64,000 nt of DNA from Gemmatimonadales bacterium (GCA_040901965.1 JBBDYB010000004.1:4495-68494), one strand, 5' to 3'. Shown: positions 29,172 to 38,397, numbered from the stretch's first letter. Numbers and translations: made by a program. Notes: a model not told the origin generated them from the sequence alone.

Positions 29172-30532
29172 CGATTGCGTCCCTTATCGTCGTCCTCGGC
29201 GTCCTGATCTTCGTCCACGAGCTGGGGCATTTCCTCGTCGCCAAGGCCGTCGGCATTCAGGTGCTGCGCTTCTCCCTCGGTTTCGGCCGGCCGGTGATCG
29301 AATGGCGCCGCGGCGAGACCGAGTACTGGATCTCCTGGATCCCCCTCGGCGGCTACGTCAAAATGGCGGGACTCGAAGAGGAAGGCATGGTCGGTGAGCT
29401 GGAAGGCGGCAAGGCGGGCGTGGCGATCGACCCCGAGCGCACGTTCGACCGCAAACCGCTGTGGGCGCGGATGGCGGTGATCCTCGCCGGCGTGACGATG
29501 AACGTCCTGTTCGCGTTCGTGGTGTACGTCGGCGTAGGAACGTTCATGGGCGTTGCCGAGCGCGCCACCACGCAGGTCGATACCGTGCACGCGACGCGGT
29601 TGCCTCCCGGAGCTGAGGCGCTTGCCGCGTTGCAGCATGGGGATCGCATCATTCGGATCGACGGCGATACGGTGGCGACGTGGGAGGACGTCCTACGGCG
29701 GATAGTCGAGGCGGACACGGCAATCCACATCGAGGTCGCCGGCCGGCCACAACCGATCACCCTGACGCTCCCCGCTAGCGATACGGGCCGCATGCGTGTG
29801 GTGCGCGCCCTGGAGCCACTGTTCCCGGCGCGTATCGGCCTTGTCTATCCGGGGGAGCCCGCGGCCCGGGCGGGGCTGCGCTCGGGTGATGTCGTCATCA
29901 AGGCGGACGGCGACACGGTGCGGTCGTGGCACGATATGCTGGTCAAGATCCGGAGTAATGCGGCCCGGCCGGTGGATCTGACGCTACGTCGTAGGCGACC
30001 GGGCAGGGGCGACTCGCTCGTGCAGATCACGGTCACGCCCAAGACGCTGCCGGACCCCGACAGCGCGTGGTCGGGCCTCAAGACGATTGGGCTGATCGGG
30101 GTCGAAGCAGACCCTCCGCAGATCAAGAAGGCGCTGCCGTTCACGACGGCGGTGACCGTCGGCGCGCGGCAGACGGTGCTCCAGACCAAGGTCATCCTGG
30201 TCTCGCTGAAACGCCTTGTTTTCGGTCAAGCCTCGATGCGGGACTTGGGCGGGCCCATCCTGATCGCTCAGGTCTCCGGGCAAGCCGCACGGCTCGGCCT
30301 CGACCGGTTCCTGATGTTCATGGCGTTCTTTTCGGTGAGCCTCGCGGTCCTGAACCTGCTGCCCATTCCGGTGCTCGACGGCGGCCACGCGATGTTCCTC
30401 ATCGTCGAGGCGATCCGCGGCAAGCCGCTTTCGGCACAGTTGCGGATGCGGCTCACGCAGATCGGCATGCTGATCATCCTCGGCATCATGGTGCTCGCGA
30501 TCTCGAACGATGTCCTCCGCAACATCCGTTAA
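29162..30532 (+). CDS. rseP: RIP site-2 metalloprotease RseP
   Basis: HELGHFLVAK (HExxH), PDZ-like middle region and NLLPIPVLDGGH motif. Confidence 0.85.
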   Translation: MLLTIASLIVVLGVLIFVHELGHFLVAKAVGIQVLRFSLGFGRPVIEWRRGETEYWISWIPLGGYVKMAGLEEEGMVGELEGGKAGVAIDPERTFDRKPLWARMAVILAGVTMNVLFAFVVYVGVGTFMGVAERATTQVDTVHATRLPPGAEALAALQHGDRIIRIDGDTVATWEDVLRRIVEADTAIHIEVAGRPQPITLTLPASDTGRMRVVRALEPLFPARIGLVYPGEPAARAGLRSGDVVIKADGDTVRSWHDMLVKIRSNAARPVDLTLRRRRPGRGDSLVQITVTPKTLPDPDSAWSGLKTIGLIGVEADPPQIKKALPFTTAVTVGARQTVLQTKVILVSLKRLVFGQASMRDLGGPILIAQVSGQAARLGLDRFLMFMAFFSVSLAVLNLLPIPVLDGGHAMFLIVEAIRGKPLSAQLRMRLTQIGMLIILGIMVLAISNDVLRNIR

Positions 30533-30908
30533 TGACGCCCTGGCGGGCTACGCCGCGGGTCGTGTGACCGCGGAGCAGCTCGTGGGTGTCGTAGCGGCGG
30601 CGTACTACGGGGAGCAGGGAGCGGGGAGCAGGGAGCAGTTAGGGCCGCTTATCGAGATTATCGAACGAGCACATCCTGGAATAATCGAGCTGTTGGCGAA
30701 CGACGCGAAGCCGGGGTTTGCGGTTCGACTGGCTGAGCGACCGTTTCCGAAGCGGTACGAGAGTGAGTTGCGCCAGGCAGTCGCCGCTTTGGCTACTGCT
30801 CCCCGCTCCCCGCTCCCTGCTCCCGATTCTGCTCCCCGCTCCCCGCTCCCTGCTCCCAGTCTGTTCTCCCGAATCATCCGGGCGATCCGCAAAGTTTTCA
30901 GCGCATAA
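30510..30908 (+). CDS. Hypothetical protein carrying forward and inverted G-rich heptamer arrays
   Basis: 132 aa ORF overlapping rseP by 23 nt and the convergent kinase by 11 nt. The sequence is protein-like outside the repeats (ALAGYAAGRVTAEQLVGVVAAAYY, LGPLIEIIERAHPGIIELL). GC3 is lower than in neighbouring genes. Confidence 0.45.
   Translation: MSSATSVNDALAGYAAGRVTAEQLVGVVAAAYYGEQGAGSREQLGPLIEIIERAHPGIIELLANDAKPGFAVRLAERPFPKRYESELRQAVAALATAPRSPLPAPDSAPRSPLPAPSLFSRIIRAIRKVFSA
30609..30638 (+). repeat. (GGGGAGC/AGGGAGC)x4 heptamer array, forward orientation
   Basis: GGGGAGCAGGGAGCGGGGAGCAGGGAGCAG. Encodes GEQGAGSREQ. Confidence 0.85.
30796..30857 (-). repeat. Two identical 29-nt reverse-complement copies of the G-rich array, period 33 nt
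   Basis: CTGCTCCCCGCTCCCCGCTCCCTGCTCCC occurs at 30796-30824 and 30829-30857. Encodes APRSPLPAPDS and APRSPLPAPSL. Confidence 0.85.
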
Positions 30909-31887
30909 GCTTTACGACCAAACCGATCAACAACAGCAGTCCGATTCCCGTCCCGACCACCAGGAGCCATGCCCGGTGGTGGGCGGGCGGGTCGGACAGC
31001 GCCAGTCGCTGCGTCGTGCCCATCGGCGCGGCGCCCAGCGCGGGGGTGGGGCGCCGTTTCTGCTCCACTGCGTCGAGATCCGCAAGCAGCTCCGCCGCAG
31101 TGCTGTAGCGGTCGTCAGGATGCTTGGCGAGACACTTCATCACCACGCGCTCGAACCGCTTCGATAGATCGGGCCGCTTGCGCCGGAGTGACGGCGGCGG
31201 GTCCTCGACGTGCATGCGGGCCAGCTCGAACCAATCGCTGGAGCTGAAGGGCACTTCACCGGTCGCGGCCTTGTAGAAGGTGACGCCGAGGGCGTAGAAG
31301 TCCACCCGCTGGTCCAGCGGACGTCCCTGCGCCTGTTCGGGCGACAGGTAGTGCGGGGTGCCGATCGTCATGTTGACCCCGGTGGACGCCACGTAGCCGG
31401 AGACGGCGCGCGCGATGCCGAAGTCGGTCAGCACCGCCGCGCCGTCGGAGCGGATGAGGACGTTGTCGGGCTTCAGGTCACGGTGGATCACACCCTGCCG
31501 ATGCGCGAAGTCCAAGGCGGCGGCGATGTCGCGGGCGAGACGCAGGATGTCTTCCTCGGGGAGTGGGCCTTCGCGCGCGATCCGGGCGCCGAGGCTGTCG
31601 GCGCAGAGGTCCATGGCGAAATAGACGTGCTCGCCCGTCTTGGCCACGGAGCGGATGCGGATGATGTTGGGGTGTTCGAGCTTGGCGGCGGTCTCGCTTT
31701 CGTTGCGAAACCGGGATTCGAACTGGTGGTCGCCGGCGTAGCGGGGCTTCAGCACTTTGACGGCGACCGGGGTGCCGTCGGCCTCGCGGCCCACGAACGC
31801 CCACGCGAAGCCGCCCTGGCCGAGCAGGCGTTCCAGGGCGTAGGGGCCGAGGGTCCGGCCCACGAGGTCGGTTGCAGCGTTCGTCAC
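30898..31887 (-). CDS. Hanks-type serine/threonine protein kinase with C-terminal TM anchor
   Basis: GQGGFAWAF, VAVK, HRDLKPDN, DFG and GTPHYLSPE motifs. C-terminal hydrophobic segment WLLVVGTGIGLLLLIGLVV. Confidence 0.85.
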   Translation of the reverse strand: MTNAATDLVGRTLGPYALERLLGQGGFAWAFVGREADGTPVAVKVLKPRYAGDHQFESRFRNESETAAKLEHPNIIRIRSVAKTGEHVYFAMDLCADSLGARIAREGPLPEEDILRLARDIAAALDFAHRQGVIHRDLKPDNVLIRSDGAAVLTDFGIARAVSGYVASTGVNMTIGTPHYLSPEQAQGRPLDQRVDFYALGVTFYKAATGEVPFSSSDWFELARMHVEDPPPSLRRKRPDLSKRFERVVMKCLAKHPDDRYSTAAELLADLDAVEQKRRPTPALGAAPMGTTQRLALSDPPAHHRAWLLVVGTGIGLLLLIGLVVKLMR

Positions 31888-31956
31888 GGGCGCACTTTAC
31901 AAAGGGGTCGAAGCCGGTTAACCTACGCCGCTCACAACGATTAGGGAACAGGGACG

Positions 31957-32214
31957 ATGTACGACAAGACGACGCCGGTCAGGAAGCACGGGCTGCACGA
32001 CCGGGACACCGGTTCGAGCCGGGTTCAGGTGGCGCTGCTCACCGAGCGCATCAACAGCCTCACCGAGCACTTCCGGGTCCACGCCAAGGACTACCACGGG
32101 CAACGCGGCCTGCTGCGCATGGTCAGCCGCCGGCGCCGCCTGCTGGAGTATCTGAAGCGCACCGATCTCGCGAAGTACCGGCAGCTCATCGACGAGCTCG
32201 GTCTCCGCCACTAA
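31957..32214 (+). CDS. rpsO: 30S ribosomal protein S15
   Basis: ...[44 protein letters not shown]... Confidence 0.95.
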   Translation: MYDKTTPVRKHGLHDRDTGSSRVQVALLTERINSLTEHFRVHAKDYHGQRGLLRMVSRRRRLLEYLKRTDLAKYRQLIDELGLRH

Positions 32215-32236
32215 TCGCAAACGGCGTCGTTGCAGG

Positions 32237-32275
32237 GCGCCCCGGAAAGAGCACCGGGGCGCTCGGCGTATTTTC
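32237..32275 (+). terminator. Hairpin between rpsO and pnp (terminator or attenuator)
   Basis: GCGCCCCGG (32237-32245) pairs with CCGGGGCGC (32254-32262), followed by TCGGCGTATTTT. Confidence 0.65.
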
Positions 32276-32298
32276 CAGTGCTCTAGACAGGCAACTGA

Positions 32299-34374
32299 GT
32301 GAAGCACGTCGAAAAGCAATTTGCCGGCCGCACATTGAAGCTCGAAGCGGGCAGGCTGGCCAGACAAGCGGCAGGATCGTGTCTCTTGCAGTTCGGGGAA
32401 ACGGTGGTGCTGGCGGCGGTGACGGTGTCCGAGAACATCGCGAACCTCCCGTACTTTCCCCTCACCGTCGAATATCGCGAGAAGGCCTACGCCGCCGGCA
32501 AGATTCCCGGCGGCTTTTTGAAGCGTGAAGGCCGGCCTTCGGACGAGGAAATCACCTCGGCCCGCGTGATCGACCGCTCGGTCCGGCCGCTGTTCCCCGA
32601 GGGTTTCAAGAACGAAGTGCAGGTGTTCGTGTACGTGCTGTCGGCCGACCAGGAGAACGACGCCGACGTGCTCGGTGTGACCGCGGCGTCCGCGGCGCTC
32701 GCGATGTCCAAGGTGCCCTGGAACGGCCCGATCGCGGCGGTTCGCGTCGGTCGCGTCGAAGGCTCGTGGATCCTGAACCCCACCTTCCAGCAGCTCGAAT
32801 TCTCCGACCTGGACCTCACTGTCTCCGGATCCCGCGACTCGATCGTCATGGTCGAGGGCGGAGCGCTGGAGCTGACCGAGGTCGAGATCGTCAAGGCGCT
32901 CGAGGTGGCGCATAAGGGCATCAAGGAGCTGCTCGACATCACGGATGAGATCGTAACCGAGCTGGCCCAGCCCAAGATGGAATGGGTGAAGGCCGAGCCT
33001 CCCGCTGACCTCGTCGCGCGCGTCAAAGAATTGGCGGACGATAAAGTTGCTGAAGCGCTGACGTTGGGAGTCAAAGCGGAGCGAACGCAGGCCCTCAGCG
33101 CGATCAAGCAGACGATCGTGGAGCAGCTCGCCGAGGAGTTCCCCGACAAGCTGCGGGAAATCGTTTCGGTCGTCGAAGAGATCGAGTACAAGACGATGCG
33201 CGACCGGGTGCTGTCCGCAGGCGAGCGGGTGGACGGCCGCGACCTCGATACCGTGCGGCCGATTACCTGCGAGGTGGGCTGGCTGCCGCGGACGCACGGC
33301 TCCGCGCTCTTCACGCGTGGCCAGACGCAGGCACTGGTGTCGGTGACGCTGGGGACGACACGGGACGAGCAGCGCATCGATTCGATCGACGTCGCGCAGG
33401 AGACGACCAAGTCGTTCATGCTGCATTACAACTTCCCGCCGTTCTCCACGGGCGAGGTGAAGCCGATCCGGGGTGTCTCACGGCGCGAGGTGGGGCACGG
33501 CGCGCTCGCCGAGCGTGCGCTGCAGGCGATTCTGCCGCCCTACGAGCAGTTCCCCTACACCCTGCGCATCGTCTCGGACATTCTCGAATCGAACGGGTCA
33601 TCGTCGATGGCCACCGTCTGCGGGGGCTCGCTGGCGCTGTTCGACGCCGGCGTGCCGGTGAAGTCGGCCTGTGCCGGCATCGCGATGGGGCTGATCACCG
33701 ACGGCAAGCGGACTGCGATCCTGACCGATATCCTGGGGACCGAGGACCATCTCGGCGACATGGATTTCAAGGTCGCGGGGACGCGCGACGGCGTGACCTC
33801 GATCCAGATGGACATCAAGGTCGAGCGGCTCGACTGGAAGGTCATCAGCGAAGCGCTCGACAAGGCCAAGACGGCCCGGCTGCACATTCTCGACATCATG
33901 CAGCAGACGATGCCGCAGCCGCGCTCGCAGCTCTCCAAGTACGCGCCGCGCATCCTCACGATCCAGATCCGGCCGGACAAGATCGGTGACGTGATCGGCC
34001 CCAAGGGCAAGACGATCCGCGGCATCCAGGAGCAGACGGGCGCCGAGATCAACGTGGACGACACGGGTCTGGTCACCATTGCGGGCGTGGGCGAGGCGGC
34101 GGAGCGGGCGCGCGACATGGTCGCCGGCATCGTGCAGGAGCCGGAGGTGGGGAAGGTGTACGAGGGCGTGGTGAAGAGCACGACCGCGTTCGGGGCCTTC
34201 GTCGAGATCATCCCCGGCGTCGAGGGGCTGCTGCATATCTCCGAGCTGCAGCACGGCCGGACCGAGAAGACTGAAGACGTGGTGAAGAAGGGCGACCATT
34301 TGAAGGTGAAGCTCCTCGAGGTGGACGAGCGCGGCCGCATGCGGCTGTCCCGGAAGGCTCTGTTAGAACGCTAG
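32299..34374 (+). CDS. pnp: Polynucleotide phosphorylase
   Basis: Two RNase PH-like halves (FMLHYNFPPFSTGE, GSSSMATVCGGSLAL) followed by KH and S1 domains. GTG start. Confidence 0.95.
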   Translation: MKHVEKQFAGRTLKLEAGRLARQAAGSCLLQFGETVVLAAVTVSENIANLPYFPLTVEYREKAYAAGKIPGGFLKREGRPSDEEITSARVIDRSVRPLFPEGFKNEVQVFVYVLSADQENDADVLGVTAASAALAMSKVPWNGPIAAVRVGRVEGSWILNPTFQQLEFSDLDLTVSGSRDSIVMVEGGALELTEVEIVKALEVAHKGIKELLDITDEIVTELAQPKMEWVKAEPPADLVARVKELADDKVAEALTLGVKAERTQALSAIKQTIVEQLAEEFPDKLREIVSVVEEIEYKTMRDRVLSAGERVDGRDLDTVRPITCEVGWLPRTHGSALFTRGQTQALVSVTLGTTRDEQRIDSIDVAQETTKSFMLHYNFPPFSTGEVKPIRGVSRREVGHGALAERALQAILPPYEQFPYTLRIVSDILESNGSSSMATVCGGSLALFDAGVPVKSACAGIAMGLITDGKRTAILTDILGTEDHLGDMDFKVAGTRDGVTSIQMDIKVERLDWKVISEALDKAKTARLHILDIMQQTMPQPRSQLSKYAPRILTIQIRPDKIGDVIGPKGKTIRGIQEQTGAEINVDDTGLVTIAGVGEAAERARDMVAGIVQEPEVGKVYEGVVKSTTAFGAFVEIIPGVEGLLHISELQHGRTEKTEDVVKKGDHLKVKLLEVDERGRMRLSRKALLER

Positions 34375-34430
34375 ACACGGTCCGGCTGGACCGGGAAATT
34401 CACCGCACCGCGGCGCCCAACGGCGTCACG

Positions 34431-35672
34431 GTGTTGAGCGAGCGCGTGCCGAGCGTCCGCTCGGCGGCCGTGGGAGTGTGGGTGCGGACGGCCAGCGCCC
34501 ACGAGCCGCGGCCCAAGATGGGCGTGTCGCACCTGCTCGAGCACATGGTGTTCAAGGGGACCGAGCGCCGCTCCGCCCAGGAGATCGCGCTCGCGCTCGA
34601 GTCCCGCGGCGGCTCACTCGACGCCTACACGTCCCGCGATTCCACCGCCTACCATGCCCGCGTGCTCGACGCCGACCTGTCCCGGGCGCTCGACGTGCTG
34701 ACGGACATGGTCCGCCGGCCGACGCTGCGGGACAGCGATCTCTCGCTCGAGCGCCAGGTCGTGCTCGAAGAGATCAGCACGGTCGAGGACACGCCCGACG
34801 ACGAAGTCTTCGATCTCGCCTACCAGACGCTGTGGCCGAACCATCCTTACGGCTTCCAGATCCTCGGCACCAAGGAGACCGTGAGCGCGATTTCGGCCGA
34901 CGACCTGAAGCAGCTGCACGGCCGCGCCTACTTCCCCGGCAATTGCGTCATCGCCGCGGCGGGGAATTTGACGCACGACGACTTGCTCAACGAGATCGAG
35001 AAGCAGGGGTGGTTCGACGGCAGCGGTCCACCCACGTCGCCGCTCGCGCCGCCTCCGGTGCCGCCGGTCCCGCCCGCGGTGCGCGGCGCGCGGCGCGCGT
35101 TCGAGAAGGACACCGCGCAGACGCACATTGTGTTCGCGACCGACACGATTCCGTATGCCGACCGGCGCAAGTATTCGATGCTCGTGCTCTCGAACATCTT
35201 CGGCGGCGGGATGTCGAGCCGCCTGTTCCAGCGCATCCGCGAGGAGTTGGGGCTCGCCTACGCGATCTACAGCTTCACGTCTTTCTATCGCGCCATCGGC
35301 ATGGCGGGTGTCTACGTCGGGACGCAGCCGGCGCGGTCCGATGAGGCCGCGGCGGCGATCACCGCCGAGTATGCCCGGCTCGCGCGCGAGGGGCTCCGGG
35401 GGCCCGCGCTCGAGGACGCGAAGCAACAGACGCTGGGCCAGCTGATGCTCTCTCTGGAGAGTCCCACGGCGCGGATGTATCGTTTGGCCAGCACAGCCGT
35501 GTACGGCGAGACGTATCGCAGCCTGGACGAGGTGTTGCAGGCGGTCGCGGCGCTGACGGCGGACGAAGTGTCCGCGATGGCGGCCGAGTTCTTCGCGCCC
35601 GAGCGGCAGACGATCGTCTCGCTCGGGCCCAATGGGACGGATGGAGCGGGGACGAAGGGGGGCCACGGGTGA
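34431..35672 (+). CDS. M16-family (insulinase/pitrilysin-like) zinc peptidase
   Basis: [11 protein letters not shown] (HxxEH) motif. 34431 is the first canonical start (GTG), but conserved N-terminal sequence continues upstream, so the true start may be non-canonical (see finding). Confidence 0.8.
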   Translation: MLSERVPSVRSAAVGVWVRTASAHEPRPKMGVSHLLEHMVFKGTERRSAQEIALALESRGGSLDAYTSRDSTAYHARVLDADLSRALDVLTDMVRRPTLRDSDLSLERQVVLEEISTVEDTPDDEVFDLAYQTLWPNHPYGFQILGTKETVSAISADDLKQLHGRAYFPGNCVIAAAGNLTHDDLLNEIEKQGWFDGSGPPTSPLAPPPVPPVPPAVRGARRAFEKDTAQTHIVFATDTIPYADRRKYSMLVLSNIFGGGMSSRLFQRIREELGLAYAIYSFTSFYRAIGMAGVYVGTQPARSDEAAAAITAEYARLAREGLRGPALEDAKQQTLGQLMLSLESPTARMYRLASTAVYGETYRSLDEVLQAVAALTADEVSAMAAEFFAPERQTIVSLGPNGTDGAGTKGGHG

Positions 35673-36781
35673 TCGTCGGCGTGCCGAAGGAGATCAAGAC
35701 CGCGGAAAACCGGGTGGCGCTGGTGCCGGCGGGCGCCGAGTCCCTGACGAACGACGGGCATATCGTCTTGGTGGAACAGGGCGCGGGCCTCGGCTCGGGG
35801 TTTGCCGACGAGGCGTACCGGGCGGTGGGGGCCGAGATCGCGCCGTCGGCGGATCCGGTGTGGGCCAAGGCCGAGATGATCCTCAAGGTGAAAGAGCCGA
35901 TCGAGCCCGAGTGGCCGAAGATGCGCAAGGGCCAGGTCCTCTTCACCTATTTCCATTTTGCCGCCGCGGAGCCGCTCACCAAGGCGGTGATCAAGTCGGG
36001 CTGCGTCGCCATCGCTTACGAGACGGTGCAGCTCTCGACGGGCGAGCTGCCGCTGCTCACGCCGATGAGCGAAGTCGCGGGACGGATGGCGGTGCAGGAG
36101 GGGGCGAAGTACCTCGAGAAGGTGTTCGGGGGGAGCGGCATCCTGCTCGGCGGCATCCCGGGCGTGCTCCCAGCCGAAGTGCTGATTATCGGGGGCGGCG
36201 TGGTGGGCACGAACGCCGCCAAGATGGCCGCCGGCCTCGGCGCCCACGTCACGCTGCTGGACGTGTCGCTCGACCGGCTCCGATACCTGTCGGATGTCCT
36301 GCCGCCCAACGTCGAGCTGCTGTACTCCAATCGCCACAACATTCTCGAGCTGATCAAAAAGGCCGACCTCGTCATCGGCGCCGTGCTGTTGCCGGGCGCC
36401 AAAGCACCGCACCTCGTCAAGCGCGCCGATCTGAAGCTCATGAAGCCGGGCTCGGTGATCGTGGACGTGGCGGTGGATCAGGGCGGCTGCATCGAGACGA
36501 TCAAGCCTACGACGCACGACAAGCCGACGTATGTCGTGGACGGGATCATTCACTATGCCGTGGCCAACATGCCCGGCGGCGTGCCCCGCACCTCCACCTT
36601 GGGCCTGACGAACGCGACATTCCCGTACGCCAAGAAGCTGGCGCGGCTGGGATGGAAAGAGGCGTGCAAGCAGGATCCGAGCCTGTTCTTGGGGCTCAAC
36701 GTGGTCGAGGGAAAAGTGGTGTATCCGGGGGTGGCGGAGGCATTCGGGTTGTCGCTCACCGATCCGAAGGCGCTCATGTAG
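35669..36781 (+). CDS. ald: Alanine dehydrogenase
   Basis: [22 protein letters not shown] and Rossmann motif [16 protein letters not shown] overlap with the peptidase gene. Confidence 0.9.
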   Translation: MIVGVPKEIKTAENRVALVPAGAESLTNDGHIVLVEQGAGLGSGFADEAYRAVGAEIAPSADPVWAKAEMILKVKEPIEPEWPKMRKGQVLFTYFHFAAAEPLTKAVIKSGCVAIAYETVQLSTGELPLLTPMSEVAGRMAVQEGAKYLEKVFGGSGILLGGIPGVLPAEVLIIGGGVVGTNAAKMAAGLGAHVTLLDVSLDRLRYLSDVLPPNVELLYSNRHNILELIKKADLVIGAVLLPGAKAPHLVKRADLKLMKPGSVIVDVAVDQGGCIETIKPTTHDKPTYVVDGIIHYAVANMPGGVPRTSTLGLTNATFPYAKKLARLGWKEACKQDPSLFLGLNVVEGKVVYPGVAEAFGLSLTDPKALM

Positions 36782-36865
36782 CGAGCAACGCGTTTTTGGG
36801 GTCCCGAGGGCGCCGAGGGTGTCGGGTACTGTCGGGCATGAAGGTTGGGCGCGGTGGTGGGGGCG

Positions 36866-36984
36866 CAGCGGCCGCCGTTCGCGACGCATCTGCTCGAGGC
36901 GGTGATGTACGGACCACGATGATGTACACGCACGTACTGAACCGGGGCGGGCTGGCGGTTCGGAGCCCAGCGGATGTCCCGTGA
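36866..36984 (+). pseudogene. C-terminal remnant of a tyrosine recombinase (integron-integrase/XerD-like), frame-disrupted
   Basis: One frame reads ...PFATHLLEA.... A shifted frame reads DVRTTMMYTHVLNRGGLAVRSPADVP-stop. About 13 codons expected between the two boxes are missing, and no N-terminal part is present. Confidence 0.5.
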
Positions 36985-37005
36985 CGGCCAGCGCGTTTTC
37001 GCAGC

Positions 37006-37296
37006 CTAACGCGCTCGTCTGCGTGATAGGCTGCGAACGTGGCCCCGGATCCGCTGCAGATCCGCTTCCGAGAACCGCCGATTGCGCCGCGACCGCGCGC
37101 GCCGGCCCCGGGCGTACCACTCGGCGAGCTGGGGGCGGTAGCACCCGTCGCCGGGTGTGCCGTTGCGCCGCACCTCCCGCCCGATCGTGCTGCGGTGGCA
37201 CCCGAGCACGCGGGCGATCGCGGCCGGGGCGAGCCCGCGCTGGCGGAGCAGGCCCAGGGTGTATCTTTCCGCAAAGGTGACCTGGTGATACGGCAT
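37006..37296 (-). mobile_element. IS30-family transposase, N-terminal HTH fragment only (truncated)
   Basis: MPYHQVTFAERYTLGLLRQRGLAPAAIARVLGCHRSTIGREVRRNG...YRPQLAEWYARGRRARSRR matches the IS30 N-terminal region from memory. The ORF stops after 96 aa and has no DDE domain. Confidence 0.6.
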
Positions 37297-37510
37297 CGTA
37301 GGCTTCCTTCTCTTGGCCGAGATTGAAGCCCTATGGTATCTCCAGGTCACCTTTGTCGTTGGGGGACGTGTAGCACTTACTATATGAATCCGCACGTCTT
37401 AACATCGAGCTGAAGGACGCCGATTCAGTGGCGTTTCGTCTCCTTGCTGCCGAGCTCCTAGCGTACGAGGAGCTGTTTCAGGCGCCGACGCCATCGTCGG
37501 CCCCCCCCTG

Positions 37511-37897
37511 GTGCAAGTCACGTTGGTCGGATGGTGGCCGAAGTCGGACTCCGGCGGATCATCGTGGCCGGTGTTCTTGAAGGTCCACTCTCCGCTTGCT
37601 CGCGCCATCGCGAGCGGTGAGCCTCCCGTGCGATCCCGAGTCGGCCTTGTCAGCATCGACTATGGGAAGGCCATCCAATGGTCAGGCCAGGGCCCGATAC
37701 CACGGGGCGTGCGGGAGCTCCTTGCGCGGGCGCGCGAGCAGGCGGCGTCGTATGGCGCGCCCATCCGGGTCCACCACGTGCCGGAGCGGCAACAAGTCTA
37801 CGCATGGCTGCTAGCAGAGGGAGTCACGCTGATTGGAGCGGAAGACTTGCGTCGCACGCGCGCGTTACTCGAGGGTAGCTTACCTTCGACTCGCTAG
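37511..37897 (+). CDS. Hypothetical protein, possibly the downstream part of a frameshifted gene starting at 37428
   Basis: Track ORF with GTG start just after a C8 tract (37501-37508). Good GC3. No family recognised (see finding). Confidence 0.4.
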   Translation: MQVTLVGWWPKSDSGGSSWPVFLKVHSPLARAIASGEPPVRSRVGLVSIDYGKAIQWSGQGPIPRGVRELLARAREQAASYGAPIRVHHVPERQQVYAWLLAEGVTLIGAEDLRRTRALLEGSLPSTR

Positions 37898-37907
37898 GGA
37901 GGCAGAT

Positions 37908-38339
37908 ATGCCGCCGATAGTCCGCAGTATCGTGGTGGTCCTGGCTGGGCTCGTCGCGTCCATAGTCGTCGTGGCGGGAACGGACGCCATCGTGAGCAGC
38001 CTGTATCCGCTGCCACCCGGCACCGACGCCACGAACCGGGAAGCGCTGCGCCAAGCCGCGGCCGCCCTGCCGGTGGCGGCCTTCTTGATCCTGCTTGCCG
38101 GGTGGTCCCTGGCGGCGCTGGCCGGATCCTTCGTCGGAGCCCGTTGGGCCGGCCGCGCGCCGGTCGCGCACGGGTCTGTCGTTGCCCTGATTCTCCTGGC
38201 TGCGACCATCGCCAATCTCGTGGCCATCCCCCATCCCGTGTGGATGTGGCCGGCGGCCTTGATCTTCATTCCGCTCGCGGCGTGGGCCGGCGTCCGCATC
38301 GCGCGCCGCAGTCAAGCGCCAGCCGCCATGAGCGTGTGA
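37908..38339 (+). CDS. Hypothetical integral membrane protein (about 4 TM)
   Basis: GGGAGG lies 6 nt before the ATG at 37908. Hydrophobic segments IVVVLAGLVASIVVVAG, VAAFLILLAGWSLAALAG, VVALILLAATIANLVAI and AALIFIPLAAWAGV. Confidence 0.55.
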   Translation: MPPIVRSIVVVLAGLVASIVVVAGTDAIVSSLYPLPPGTDATNREALRQAAAALPVAAFLILLAGWSLAALAGSFVGARWAGRAPVAHGSVVALILLAATIANLVAIPHPVWMWPAALIFIPLAAWAGVRIARRSQAPAAMSV

Positions 38340-38350
38340 GAAAACGCGTT

Positions 38351-38397
38351 CGTGCAGGGAATCCTACGTCACCTTCAGACGTAGAATCCCCTGCACG
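38351..38397. terminator. Bidirectional hairpin between convergent genes
   Basis: CGTGCAGGGAATCCTACGTC and GACGTAGAATCCCCTGCACG form a 20-bp stem with 2 mismatches and loop ACCTTCA. Confidence 0.7.

Noticed and set aside
31944-31956. Degenerate GGGAACAGGGACG upstream of rpsO, and GGAGCGGGGACGAAGGGGGG at 35642-35661, as further members of the GGGAGCR family.
   Set aside because: They are too short and too divergent to distinguish from ordinary SD-like or Gly-codon sequence without statistics.
36782-37005. Integron attI/attC sites or gene cassettes next to the integrase-like remnant.
   Set aside because: The 5' part of the recombinase gene is missing. The left neighbour is the conserved ald gene, and no attC-like imperfect inverted repeats were recognisable.
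35312-37201. 629-aa minus-strand ORF.
   Set aside because: It lies antisense to the peptidase 3' end and to alanine dehydrogenase, with no motifs. Only its extreme 5' region touches the IS30/recombinase scar, and in a different frame.
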